This document shows, piece by piece, positions 18,132 to 27,011 of a stretch of 64,000 nucleotides of DNA. The stretch's first letter is position 1. Each line of letters begins with the position of its first letter. This stretch comes from a virus. The notes beneath the pieces were generated by a model that had not been told where the DNA came from, ran no database searches, and saw only the letters and a program-made list of their open reading frames with translations. The stretch lies in the IMG/VR virus record IMGVR_UViG_3300021962_000031, one strand, 5' to 3'. Both the position numbers and the translations under genes were made by a program.

Positions 18132-20038
18132 TGAGTTGCCAAGGTCGATGGCCGTGTTGTTGTAATCGCGCAAGCCAATGTCTTGCCTGCGATTCCGATC
18201 CTACAGGCGGCGAGTATGACTACGCTGTCATCGTTCGCTTCGGGGCGAAAGAATCCAGCTTATACAATTCGCAAGAACAAAAATATCTGCCGGATTTTGA
18301 TTTTTCGTCTCCGGAACGCTTTCTGTCATTGAAGCTCAACGGACAGAATTTACCCATCCCCCATTTGGTAGAACGAAACGATTACAATAACGACTACTAC
18401 TATTATTGGTATTGGAACTACCATTATTACGGGTGGGCGGTCTACTACACAAACCCCAGCGTTTTGGGTCCGCTTGTCAACGCCACACGCTGCCCTTGCT
18501 TGAATGATGTCACAACCATGTATGGTTGGAATTACTGGTGGCTTCCCGGCTGGTGGTATCAAGGCCCAGAGTTTCTCAGCGACCCGTCCACGCAATACAT
18601 ACCTATGAGCAAAGGTATGTTTCAAGCCAACAACAATGACATGGACCTGCGCTTCTCTTCGTTGCCGTTCAACTTAGACGAATGGCCCACCGAGAATCCG
18701 CTGAAGACAGCGGATGTCGATGCCAGCTTTGTGGTGATTCGTTTCAAGAATGGTATACCAGAATGTGTCTCTACCAAAAGTAAATTGACTGCTAGTCTTC
18801 GCTCTCAGGAATACGACTACTCTAGTAATTATAACGGTTACTACTACTGGTGGGGCTGGAACGGATACTGGTGGGGGATATCTGTAGGCGGAGCCTATTT
18901 GCCCGGCTCCAACCAACCCCCTTATACGGCAGGTTACTGCCAATGGCCATTTCCCAATAACGGCTATTACAACTACTGGTATGGCTGGTATAACGGCTAC
19001 TACTCAAATTCCAACCGCAGCCTAGACAAGTATTGGGGTAGTGGTGGTCACACATACTTTGACCTGTGCGCCTACGAACAAGACTCCCTACCTCCGTGCG
19101 GCGGTAATTTGCCAGGAACTCTCAATGTCACGGTTGTGACCAAATGCCTAGGGACACAAAGCGCACAGGTATCGGCGGCCACCCCGCTTTTTTCAGACTA
19201 CGACAACACGCAACCCATTCCGTACACCTACACAAATTGCGGTAACTTTACGGAAATCCAAGCAGATACCTCTACCTATTACATGTTCGCCCACGCTCAG
19301 TACGATCAGCCTTATACCTATCAAGGCGACGATCTTAATAAAAAACTACGCGAGTGCAAGTTTCCTTTGAGTAGCGCAGGTGCTTCTTATTACCTTATCA
19401 ACAAGATCGACAAAGGTAGTGAGCCGATTGATTTTGGAATACCCGAAGGACAACAAGAATACTATCTTGGTTATGCTTATGAATATTTTATTGATGATGG
19501 GAACTATACCGCAGAACCACAGAACCCGGTCATACCTGATCATTACAAAGATGATAAAGGAAATATAATTCCGCGTTCTTCTATTATTCAATCCTGGAAA
19601 ATAGGTGACCCATACTATTATTATTGGTATAATTGGTACTACAACACAGATTATGATCTTTATTATATTTGCGAACAAGGTGGAGTTAATTATAAAAACA
19701 AACACGACAATATTGTTTATCAGGACTGGCCGCTTGATTTGCGAGACGAGCCGATTCGATGTAGTCCGTTTGTGACCGGTCCTGCTCGTTCTAGTGCTTA
19801 TTCATATCACTATGCGGTTTCTACTCCGATAGTTACTCGTTTTGAATTAGCGCCCAGATACGATAATACAAAAACCAGCCGTGATTATTACTACTGGCAT
19901 AAAATCAACGGATCTTATGTTCAACTCAAATATAGACTTTGGGACCTTTATGGCATCAGTCGGGTCTGGTCAACCAACTGTCACTCTTGTGAGCTTGGAT
20001 ATAGAGTTGCCCACCCACCAATCACGGTGACACCATGA
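18125..20038 (+). CDS. Tyr/Trp/Cys-rich putative virion protein (possible receptor-binding)
   Basis: N-terminal CC..C..C cluster; several YYYYWYW-type patches; lies in the tail operon; start may be ATG 18131. Confidence 0.5.
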   Translation: MLMSCQGRWPCCCNRASQCLACDSDPTGGEYDYAVIVRFGAKESSLYNSQEQKYLPDFDFSSPERFLSLKLNGQNLPIPHLVERNDYNNDYYYYWYWNYHYYGWAVYYTNPSVLGPLVNATRCPCLNDVTTMYGWNYWWLPGWWYQGPEFLSDPSTQYIPMSKGMFQANNNDMDLRFSSLPFNLDEWPTENPLKTADVDASFVVIRFKNGIPECVSTKSKLTASLRSQEYDYSSNYNGYYYWWGWNGYWWGISVGGAYLPGSNQPPYTAGYCQWPFPNNGYYNYWYGWYNGYYSNSNRSLDKYWGSGGHTYFDLCAYEQDSLPPCGGNLPGTLNVTVVTKCLGTQSAQVSAATPLFSDYDNTQPIPYTYTNCGNFTEIQADTSTYYMFAHAQYDQPYTYQGDDLNKKLRECKFPLSSAGASYYLINKIDKGSEPIDFGIPEGQQEYYLGYAYEYFIDDGNYTAEPQNPVIPDHYKDDKGNIIPRSSIIQSWKIGDPYYYYWYNWYYNTDYDLYYICEQGGVNYKNKHDNIVYQDWPLDLRDEPIRCSPFVTGPARSSAYSYHYAVSTPIVTRFELAPRYDNTKTSRDYYYWHKINGSYVQLKYRLWDLYGISRVWSTNCHSCELGYRVAHPPITVTP

Positions 20039-20391
20039 AGCCGTGCCCGAACGATCCATCGATCTGCAAGTGTGCGATCTGCAAGCTGTACAGCACCGAT
20101 CCAGTTTATCGGGCACATTGGGATGGGGTGGCTTTGCCAACACCCGCACAGCCAGCACAACCACCACCGCTTCCTGGTCTGTTGCGACAAGGACTGAATC
20201 TGGCTACCGCCATCGTCCAACATGTCGCCGGAGGGTTGCAATCAGCTGATAGCGAAACATATCAAAAAAGAATGGAAATTTGCAAAGCTTGCCCCAAACT
20301 TCGGCCCGACAACCGCTGTTCTGGGTGCGGATGTGTTATGAGCGTAAAGGCCTCGTGGGACGAGCAAAAGTGCCCCGATGGCAAGTGGTGA
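20035..20391 (+). CDS. Small Cys-rich protein (DUF6171-like C-terminus)
   Basis: RMEICKACP...RCSGCGC...KCPDGKW motif; ATGA coupling to the upstream gene. Confidence 0.6.
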   Translation: MKPCPNDPSICKCAICKLYSTDPVYRAHWDGVALPTPAQPAQPPPLPGLLRQGLNLATAIVQHVAGGLQSADSETYQKRMEICKACPKLRPDNRCSGCGCVMSVKASWDEQKCPDGKW

Positions 20392-20420
20392 CGGTGTAAA
20401 TCTTAAAGGAGGTACTAGAC

Positions 20421-21092
20421 ATGCCGGCGTCAATTTCATTTTATGCGGGTCAGTTCGTAGAGGGGGGAACCTTCTCGACTTTCCAGATTGCCGACCTAGC
20501 CGGTTCCGGTTTGGGCTTTTACGGTGGCGGATTTGGAGAATCCGTAGCCGTTGGCCAAGCCCAAGACAAGACCTTCGTGACCAATGCCACGGGTGTCAAC
20601 CAGGGCGTCGAAGCTTGGAATGTCAAATACGCCAACGCAGGAAGCGGGTTGGTGGGCCGCGGCACCTCTGCCATCCCCCTCCGTGCCATCCCCAACTGGC
20701 AATCCACCGTCAATGTCCGATTCACGAACGACACTTCCGTAAAGACCCAGAATGTCAAAGCCTACATCTTTGATCGGGTTCTTCCAACCAATCCAGCCTC
20801 CGGTGTAACTACTTACCTAGCAGAGATCGTACACCCCGTCACTGTTCAGGACTCGGGAAGTCCTACTGGGTCGGGTTCGACAGCTTGGGAAGTGTTTACG
20901 ACTGCCGGCCAAACTACACCAGCTCAGCGAGACCCGGTCACCTTGACGGCCTCGCCAGGAACCTCTGGTCTGCGTCCCTCGGGCGCAAACACGATGGATA
21001 TCCGCCACGACTGGTATTTGGCATTGTCAGCATCCCCGGACGGGATCGGGAGTAAGCAGTTCGGACTCTGGGTCCAACTGGAATATCTGTGA
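20421..21092 (+). CDS. Putative virion structural protein
   Basis: Strong RBS aaggaggt; Gly/Thr/Ser-rich; followed by a terminator. Confidence 0.6.
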   Translation: MPASISFYAGQFVEGGTFSTFQIADLAGSGLGFYGGGFGESVAVGQAQDKTFVTNATGVNQGVEAWNVKYANAGSGLVGRGTSAIPLRAIPNWQSTVNVRFTNDTSVKTQNVKAYIFDRVLPTNPASGVTTYLAEIVHPVTVQDSGSPTGSGSTAWEVFTTAGQTTPAQRDPVTLTASPGTSGLRPSGANTMDIRHDWYLALSASPDGIGSKQFGLWVQLEYL

Positions 21093-21116
21093 TCGATCCC
21101 CTCTTACCGCAGCGGA

Positions 21117-21148
21117 AAGGCCCGCCCAAAAAGGCGGGCTTTTTCGTT
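21117..21148 (+). terminator. Rho-independent terminator between convergent genes
   Basis: gcccgcc-caaaaa-ggcgggc followed by ttttt. Confidence 0.8.
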
Positions 21149-21149
21149 T

Positions 21150-21872
21150 CTAGGCGAACTCATAGCCACGGTTGGGAATGAAGACTGCCCTTTTCCTCGT
21201 CGCCGTAGGACGGGGCTGGGTGAGGTAAGTGGTTGCCGCCATGGCTAGATATTGGTTTTCGCCACCGGGCGTTTGGAGTGAACGGACAGACATCCAGCCA
21301 TTATCCTGGCTTTCATAGATAACCATGCGTCCCTGGCGCGGTTCAATTTCACGAACCACATTGAAGCCGACATCGTCCCACAACAGATGCTGGCCTTTCC
21401 AACCCACATTCCACTCCGGCGTCAAAAATAAAAGCACATTGACCCGTCGCTCCAAGTTTAGGATGGGATGCAGTTCGTAGCCCATATGGGGGGCAAGGAA
21501 GCCGCCATTGTCATAGCGGTAAATGCCCATCCCGTGCAGGCCTGGGTCAGCAATCAAATTGGGAATACCTATGGCATTGCTAACGATATTGATAAACGAT
21601 GGAGACTGCATCGCCTCCAAAAGGTTCCTGGTAAACGGCGACAGCGAGGGCAGTTCGCGGGTGGTGCGCTTCCTCTCAAAATCATTATTGTAGACCGTCC
21701 AGTTTGGCCAATTGGATGGAGGCAGCGTGTAAAAGGCCTCGTTTAGAACTTGTGGGTCAAAAGCGTTTTCGATGATTAGGTGGGGATATGGTCCGGTTGC
21801 AACATTGCTGACGATGCTGTTGCCACCGAAGCCTGGCACCGGTTCGCCAGCGATCACACTTATTGCTGCCAT
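21150..21872 (-). CDS. 2OG-Fe(II) oxygenase-like protein (prolyl-hydroxylase-like family) with degenerate metal ligands
   Basis: PYPHLIIENAF, LIADPGLHGMG, LERRVNVLLFL, IEPRQGRMVIY motifs; RBS aaggag before ATG 21872. Confidence 0.75.
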   Translation of the reverse strand: MAAISVIAGEPVPGFGGNSIVSNVATGPYPHLIIENAFDPQVLNEAFYTLPPSNWPNWTVYNNDFERKRTTRELPSLSPFTRNLLEAMQSPSFINIVSNAIGIPNLIADPGLHGMGIYRYDNGGFLAPHMGYELHPILNLERRVNVLLFLTPEWNVGWKGQHLLWDDVGFNVVREIEPRQGRMVIYESQDNGWMSVRSLQTPGGENQYLAMAATTYLTQPRPTATRKRAVFIPNRGYEFA

Positions 21873-21956
21873 TTCGTTCTCCTTCTTTTGATAATAACCG
21901 CCACCACCCCCAGCACGCATAGAACCATATGACACGGGATTGTGCTGGAGGACAGT

Positions 21957-22994
21957 ATGCCTACGCCCTTGCTTACTATCGGAATGGCGACCTTTGACGA
22001 CTTCGACGGCGTCTACTTCACCCTCCAATCTCTTAAGGCTTACCACGACCTGACCGATGTTGAGCTATTGGTCGTTGACAACAAACCCGAAGGCTGCACT
22101 CACACCAAGACTATCTGCGAGTGGACGAAGACACGCTACCTGCACAGGGGCCACGCTACCGGCACCTCCCTCCCCCGCCAACTTGTCTTTGAAGAAGCAC
22201 AAGGGGAATGGGTCATGTGCATGGACAGCCATGTCTTGCTCACGCAAGGGGTTGTGTCCAAGGTTAAGGAGTTCATTCGTTCTGGCAAAGCCGAACGCAA
22301 GAACCTTTACCAGGGACCGCTTCTTTACGATGACCATATCAACATGGCGACGCACTTCGACCCAGTCTGGCGCGACTCCATGTATGGCACCTGGGCGACT
22401 GATGAGCGAGTCAAGCTTGGGGAACCGTTCGACATCCCCATGCAAGGCCTCGGCCAATTCATGATGTGTAAGGAAGAATGGCCAGGCTTCAATACCCTGT
22501 TCAGAGGCTTCGGTGGTGAAGAGGGGTATATTCACTCTAAGGTGCGCAAATTCGGTGGCAGGGCGATGTGTGTCCCTTGGATGACCTGGCTGCACCGGTT
22601 CGGTCGGCCCAAGGGTGTTCCCTATCGCCTCGTTCTTGAAGATCGCGTGTTCAACTACATCCTAGGTCGCCGCGAGATCGGCCTGCCTTATCAAGATGTG
22701 ATTGAACACTTCACGGGCAGGATGCCCGAAAATAATCTCAAGGCGACAGTCGCCGAGGCCGAAGCACTAGATTTTAACGAGGGCGTTTTCCCTGAGCGTT
22801 TCCGCAGTCTGCAAAAAATCGTTCGGACTCAACCGTGCGTTTATCGCACGGAATTACCCATCGACCGGGCTGACTGCAACTGCCCCTTCAAATTCGTTTA
22901 TGGCTGCGAGAAGCACGAGAAGTGCCGACCGTTCACCGACAACGGAGACGGTGTTCGCTGCTGCCAAAAATGCGAAGACTACGAGGAGGTCTGA
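21957..22994 (+). CDS. GT-A glycosyltransferase, polypeptide GalNAc/GlcNAc-transferase-like (GT27/GT60-like), with Cys-rich C-terminus
   Basis: LLVVDN, MDSHV (DxH), PMQGLGQF, GFGGEE, GGRAMCVP..LHRF motifs; RBS ggagg. Confidence 0.8.
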   Translation: MPTPLLTIGMATFDDFDGVYFTLQSLKAYHDLTDVELLVVDNKPEGCTHTKTICEWTKTRYLHRGHATGTSLPRQLVFEEAQGEWVMCMDSHVLLTQGVVSKVKEFIRSGKAERKNLYQGPLLYDDHINMATHFDPVWRDSMYGTWATDERVKLGEPFDIPMQGLGQFMMCKEEWPGFNTLFRGFGGEEGYIHSKVRKFGGRAMCVPWMTWLHRFGRPKGVPYRLVLEDRVFNYILGRREIGLPYQDVIEHFTGRMPENNLKATVAEAEALDFNEGVFPERFRSLQKIVRTQPCVYRTELPIDRADCNCPFKFVYGCEKHEKCRPFTDNGDGVRCCQKCEDYEEV

Positions 22995-22995
22995 G

Positions 22996-23211
22996 GTGCG
23001 CCTAGAAGACATCCCCAAAGATATTCGAGATGCCATTGAGATGGCAGGCTGGGCGGCAGCAGATGCCTTCCTGGCCAAACTCGAAGAAAGCCTACCCCTC
23101 TGTGAGTGGGGTGGATACCAGCCCGAGATCGGCCCCTGGGTTGGCGGTATTTGTCGTAACTTACGCAGTGCCCTAACCGGTGGGTCAATCCAAGGTTCAA
23201 CCGATGAATGA
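22996..23211 (+). CDS. Hypothetical protein
   Basis: GTG start just after the GT stop; coupled to the next ORF. Confidence 0.5.
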   Translation: MRLEDIPKDIRDAIEMAGWAAADAFLAKLEESLPLCEWGGYQPEIGPWVGGICRNLRSALTGGSIQGSTDE

Positions 23212-23405
23212 GCGAGGATTTTCCAATGTCGGAAGAGATCGAAATTGTACCGGCCCCCGAGTCTCCGATGCCGGAGTTTACGGCGACGGCAGACCAGTCC
23301 GTTCTGATCGACCCGCGGGTCTTTTTGCCGTTCCAGGTCGTCGCCCACCCAATCGATCTGGTCGTGGTCGAGACCGAGCTTCCTAGTCAGCCTACGGCTG
23401 AATGA
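23208..23405 (+). CDS. Small acidic hypothetical protein
   Basis: ATGA coupling; ends just before a terminator. Confidence 0.5.
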   Translation: MSEDFPMSEEIEIVPAPESPMPEFTATADQSVLIDPRVFLPFQVVAHPIDLVVVETELPSQPTAE

Positions 23406-23410
23406 CGAGA

Positions 23411-23447
23411 AAAGAAGAAGACCCGCTCAAAAAGCGGGTCTTTTTCT
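23411..23447. terminator. Bidirectional rho-independent terminator at the junction of the + and - strand blocks
   Basis: aagacccgct-caaaa-agcgggtctt, A-rich on the left and T-rich on the right. Confidence 0.85.
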
Positions 23448-23623
23448 ACAAGATGAGCGTCAACAGGTAGAAGGTGACAGAAGTCCAGATAAAGCAAACG
23501 ATCCCAATCAGGAATAGCAAAGCCAATTCTTTCAAGATTCTGATCACGGCATCCTCCAAAAAAGAAAAAGCGGGGGACAACGCATCCCCCGCTCCTTCTA
23601 AAGGGTCTCCCGCCAAGGCCCCT

Positions 23624-23989
23624 TTAGTCCTTTTGTTCGCCCCGATAGCGACTCCAGCCGTTGTGTGGGCCGTAAGTGCCGGTCTCACGGTCGGGCTGGC
23701 CGTCCTTGTCCAGCTTGCGGATGGGGAACAGACCCGAACCATCCTGGTACTGGCCGAAAGCCAACTTGGCCCGACACTTGGGATTGTTGCATTGCATCTC
23801 AAAATATTCGTATTCTTTTTTGTTTTTTGAGACTTTGCGCACCCGTGGGACGATGCGGTCTTCACCGCATGCCCCGCACTTGTGATCGCCGAAAACTTCG
23901 TGAGCAGCCGACATTTGCCGGAACAACTCCTTCGTGTCGGCGGATTCGATTTCAATCGTGCCGTAAGCGGTCGGGATGTGGGCTTTCAT
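23624..23989 (-). CDS. Hypothetical zinc-ribbon protein
   Basis: CGAC and C-x4-C pairs; follows the SSAP gene. Confidence 0.6.
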   Translation of the reverse strand: MKAHIPTAYGTIEIESADTKELFRQMSAAHEVFGDHKCGACGEDRIVPRVRKVSKNKKEYEYFEMQCNNPKCRAKLAFGQYQDGSGLFPIRKLDKDGQPDRETGTYGPHNGWSRYRGEQKD

Positions 23990-23992
23990 GCA

Positions 23993-24850
23993 TTACTCCG
24001 TGGACTTGTTAGTGTTCTTCTTCCAGTCAGGATCGTACCCTTTGAACTTGGGATCGATCTTGCTCCTATCCCTCTGAAGCTCGTTCAGATGCGCGATGAT
24101 GAGCGTTGCGCTCTTGTGGGGGATGTTCTCCAGCTTGCCGTCCCAACGGAAGCTTCGTGACGATGACAGATAGGCATCGATATTGATGTCGTTGCGCTGG
24201 CAAAGCGTCTGAATGAAGCTGTGCTGCATTTCGGTTGACTTGCCGTTGTTGGACAAATCATGATCCTGGAACAGGTTGGATGGCTCCTCAGCCGTGATCA
24301 CCCTGCGCAGGCGCAGAGCCTTGCGGAGTGCCCGTCCTTCGGCCCTAGTCTCAGCCATTGCTGTCGCAAAAATAGAAAACTTGCCGTCCGTGTTGCCTGA
24401 ATTGCAATCCGCAGCAGCCGTAAAGGTGACCTCCCTATCGGTGTGGATTGACTCGTAAGTGTACGAAAATTCAGCCACCGCCGTCATGGCGTTTTCCGGA
24501 CTGGGCGCTTGGACAATGCGGACGCTGGAGCTGACCGTCGGTCCAAGAACCAGTTCGGCCACTCGGCGCAGGCCATCGCAAGTCGGGCGCCCTTCGGGCG
24601 ACAGCTCCTCTGGCGACAACTTCGACAAGACATACTCAGTCCAGTCGGGGTCGGTCGGGCAATGCTCCTTGTAAGATTCTGGTTCAAAAGGAGGAATTTC
24701 AGGACTAGGAGTAGCAACATTCACCACGACATCGACTGGGGTAGCTGGGATTTCGTCAACGCTAACCGCCGCATCCAACGATACGGTATCCAGAACACTT
24801 TCCCCATCGAGATCATCAACGGAAACAACAGCCCCACGCTTCTTAGCCAT
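23993..24850 (-). CDS. Rad52/Sak-like single-strand annealing protein (putative)
   Basis: GLRRVA...AMAETRAEGRALRKAL motif; likely start ATG 24850. Confidence 0.55.
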   Translation of the reverse strand: MAKKRGAVVSVDDLDGESVLDTVSLDAAVSVDEIPATPVDVVVNVATPSPEIPPFEPESYKEHCPTDPDWTEYVLSKLSPEELSPEGRPTCDGLRRVAELVLGPTVSSSVRIVQAPSPENAMTAVAEFSYTYESIHTDREVTFTAAADCNSGNTDGKFSIFATAMAETRAEGRALRKALRLRRVITAEEPSNLFQDHDLSNNGKSTEMQHSFIQTLCQRNDINIDAYLSSSRSFRWDGKLENIPHKSATLIIAHLNELQRDRSKIDPKFKGYDPDWKKNTNKSTE

Positions 24851-25631
24851 CGGTCGCCACCTCAATTTCGTAATACGATCCCACCCCGGGATCATTGTCC
24901 TTCGCCAATTGTATGATGTTCAACAGCTTCTGTAAAGTATTTTTCATCCGAATTTCGGACGGACTTCCTTTAGTATCTTTGATAATAATCACTAGCAGAT
25001 TACATCCGGTCAAAAGACCGGTCTTTTTGGCGTCTGCCGCAGCCCGTTTCGCATAATAGTCATCCCCCCAGATGGGCCGATAATGGCTGGGGCCGTTAAC
25101 TTCAATCGCAACCCCCTTAAACTTTCCAACCTTACGATTAATTAATATATCGATGTGCTGCCGTTCCAGCTGAACATGAAAGTCTACGGGATAACGAGCT
25201 TGCGTCAGTCCGCGAATCAAATATTTTTCTAGTCTGCTTCCGGTATCGGCGGCTTCCCGAACGGCATCCAAAGCCTTTTTCTGCAAAGATTCTCGCCGAT
25301 CTTCCCCCATTGTTTCCCATTGCTTCTTGGAAATTTCCGAACGGCGTTTGCGTTCCTCCTCGGACATGGTTTCCCATTTCTCTGCCATTCGTTCGCCGAT
25401 TTGGGCCTTGCGCTCCGCAGAAAGCTTCTTGCCCTTGGTGGGGTGTTCCTGACGGCCAGTTTCCAAGGCGAGGACCTGAGCCTCCGACCGACTACGGACA
25501 GGGATACCAAACTTGTTCAAGGCGCGACGCACCCGGTTGGGGTAGGTGCCTAGTTCAGCGGCAATGTCGTGGGTCGAGCGTCCCTTGTTGGCGTACTCTT
25601 CAACGAGATATTCATAGGTCAAACTTGACAT
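24843..25631 (-). CDS. Free-standing endonuclease (HTH + NUMOD3-like + Vsr/DUF559-like nuclease), probable homing endonuclease
   Basis: N-terminal HTH, GKKLSAERKAQIGE repeats, HIDILI...AIEVNGPSHY nuclease motif. Confidence 0.65.
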   Translation of the reverse strand: MSSLTYEYLVEEYANKGRSTHDIAAELGTYPNRVRRALNKFGIPVRSRSEAQVLALETGRQEHPTKGKKLSAERKAQIGERMAEKWETMSEEERKRRSEISKKQWETMGEDRRESLQKKALDAVREAADTGSRLEKYLIRGLTQARYPVDFHVQLERQHIDILINRKVGKFKGVAIEVNGPSHYRPIWGDDYYAKRAAADAKKTGLLTGCNLLVIIIKDTKGSPSEIRMKNTLQKLLNIIQLAKDNDPGVGSYYEIEVATDG

Positions 25632-26080
25632 AACAACCTCTCAATCTGATCGGGATCAAAATCTTTGATGACTCTTTCGGTGTCAATCGGTCGCCCCCAG
25701 GTGTTTTCCAGAATGCGACGATGATGAAGAGATCGCGCCAACAGGGGGAAAGTCACATAGAACGGTTGCAAATCACGCCAGGCAAACCCCTCATTGCCCA
25801 ACCATTCCAAGTCCCAACAGTAAAACCAAACTTTTCGCCCAGCCGGCGAGTTGCTTACCTTGGCCAAGCTTGACAGACTGGTAACGATGACAGGCGTGTT
25901 CTGCGCATAAGCGTAGGCCGCATCAAATATTGGAAAGTGAGGTTGGGCTGGCGATGCCCCTTTGTCTTCAACAAAAACCGTTATCTCGTGGCCTCGTTTC
26001 GTAAGCTCGTTGCCACAATGAACTATGGCAAGGGAAAGGTGAGATGAAGCCAGGGTCGGGGTCAGAAAGTGGATTTTCAT
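25619..26080 (-). CDS. Glycosyltransferase (GT-B) N-terminal-like domain protein
   Basis: MKIHFL...NELTKRGHEITVF pattern; no C-terminal domain. Confidence 0.5.
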   Translation of the reverse strand: MKIHFLTPTLASSHLSLAIVHCGNELTKRGHEITVFVEDKGASPAQPHFPIFDAAYAYAQNTPVIVTSLSSLAKVSNSPAGRKVWFYCWDLEWLGNEGFAWRDLQPFYVTFPLLARSLHHRRILENTWGRPIDTERVIKDFDPDQIERLLCQV

Positions 26081-26817
26081 GGCCTCAGCACGGCACGGAT
26101 GCCCGCTCCCTGTTGACTGATTTTAAACGGCAGACGCTCAACCCCAGTAATGTTCGCAATAGCATCGTGCCATTCAGACGGAGCCAGGCAAAACAAGGTA
26201 TTTTCGCCACACCAAACACAGCCCCACGCCCCCTGCATCCTGGCGTCGGCGTAAATGCGGATAACTTCGTCTGGTGCTTGGTCGCGATAAAGCTTCCAGG
26301 CCTGTTCAAGAACATCGCCTGATTTTTCCCAATCGCCAGCAGCCATGGTTTTCACCAACATCCCAGCCATAATTGTGTAGCTGGTGGCGTGGCCAGAGTT
26401 CGGGGTTCTAACCCAGTTATTGGAGTTGCCTTCAACGCGCAGAAGAATCCCGTGTTTTTCAAGACCTTCAGCACACGGCAGCGCAAACGGACCATTGATT
26501 CCAATGCTGTCTCGTGCCACAGAAACCAGACCACCTACTCGTGAGCAAATTTCTGTCAAAGATTCCCCTTCCAGCTTGCCCGGATACCATTGCTCGTCTC
26601 TCAAGATTTTGCTTGCCAATTCGCACGCTTCTATCTGGCTCAAATGAGCGTCCGGGAAATCCTGGTAGCACTCGACTCTTTCCTTGTGGCGAACCGCCCA
26701 TACACCAGCCTTAAGATGGACGCGGATAGTATGAATTTCTCCCTCTGAAGAGCCAGATAAATCGGTGCCAACCAGAGTAAAACTATATGGGGCAAACGAC
26801 ACTTTCATTTCTGCCAT
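26077..26817 (-). CDS. GHMP/HddA sugar-kinase-like protein, degenerate
   Basis: SFAPYSFTLVGTD N-terminus, GDW...GDVLEQAWKL, GAWG, LPFKISQQG C-terminus; no recognisable PxxxGLGSS loop. Confidence 0.5.
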   Translation of the reverse strand: MAEMKVSFAPYSFTLVGTDLSGSSEGEIHTIRVHLKAGVWAVRHKERVECYQDFPDAHLSQIEACELASKILRDEQWYPGKLEGESLTEICSRVGGLVSVARDSIGINGPFALPCAEGLEKHGILLRVEGNSNNWVRTPNSGHATSYTIMAGMLVKTMAAGDWEKSGDVLEQAWKLYRDQAPDEVIRIYADARMQGAWGCVWCGENTLFCLAPSEWHDAIANITGVERLPFKISQQGAGIRAVLRP

Positions 26818-27011
26818 GCTCCGCGACCCATGGTAAAATTCTTCGTGGCCTTTATGTCTTTGTTGCTGAACTCCCAGATTTCGCCGGTCTCGTAAAGAAT
26901 GACGGCGAAGAGTTTTTCGGTCTCGACACCATAGTCGGTGACGAGCCACACCCTCCCACGGCCCTTGGGCGTGTCCACTTCTAGCGATTGCTTGGGTTCA
27001 AGAATAAACAT
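26805..27011 (-). CDS. Small hypothetical phage protein (68 aa)
   Basis: MFILEPKQSLEVDTPKGRGRVWLVTDYG...; fills the gap between coupled neighbours. Confidence 0.6.
   Translation of the reverse strand: MFILEPKQSLEVDTPKGRGRVWLVTDYGVETEKLFAVILYETGEIWEFSNKDIKATKNFTMGRGAWQK

Noticed and set aside
18125-20038. Diversity-generating retroelement target
   Set aside because: No reverse transcriptase and no near-identical TR/VR pair differing at adenines seen in this window
21150-22994. TET/JBP plus glucosyltransferase DNA hypermodification pair
   Set aside because: The oxygenase resembles the prolyl-hydroxylase-like family and lacks metal ligands, and the GT motifs resemble protein-acceptor enzymes; not fully excluded without nucleoside analysis
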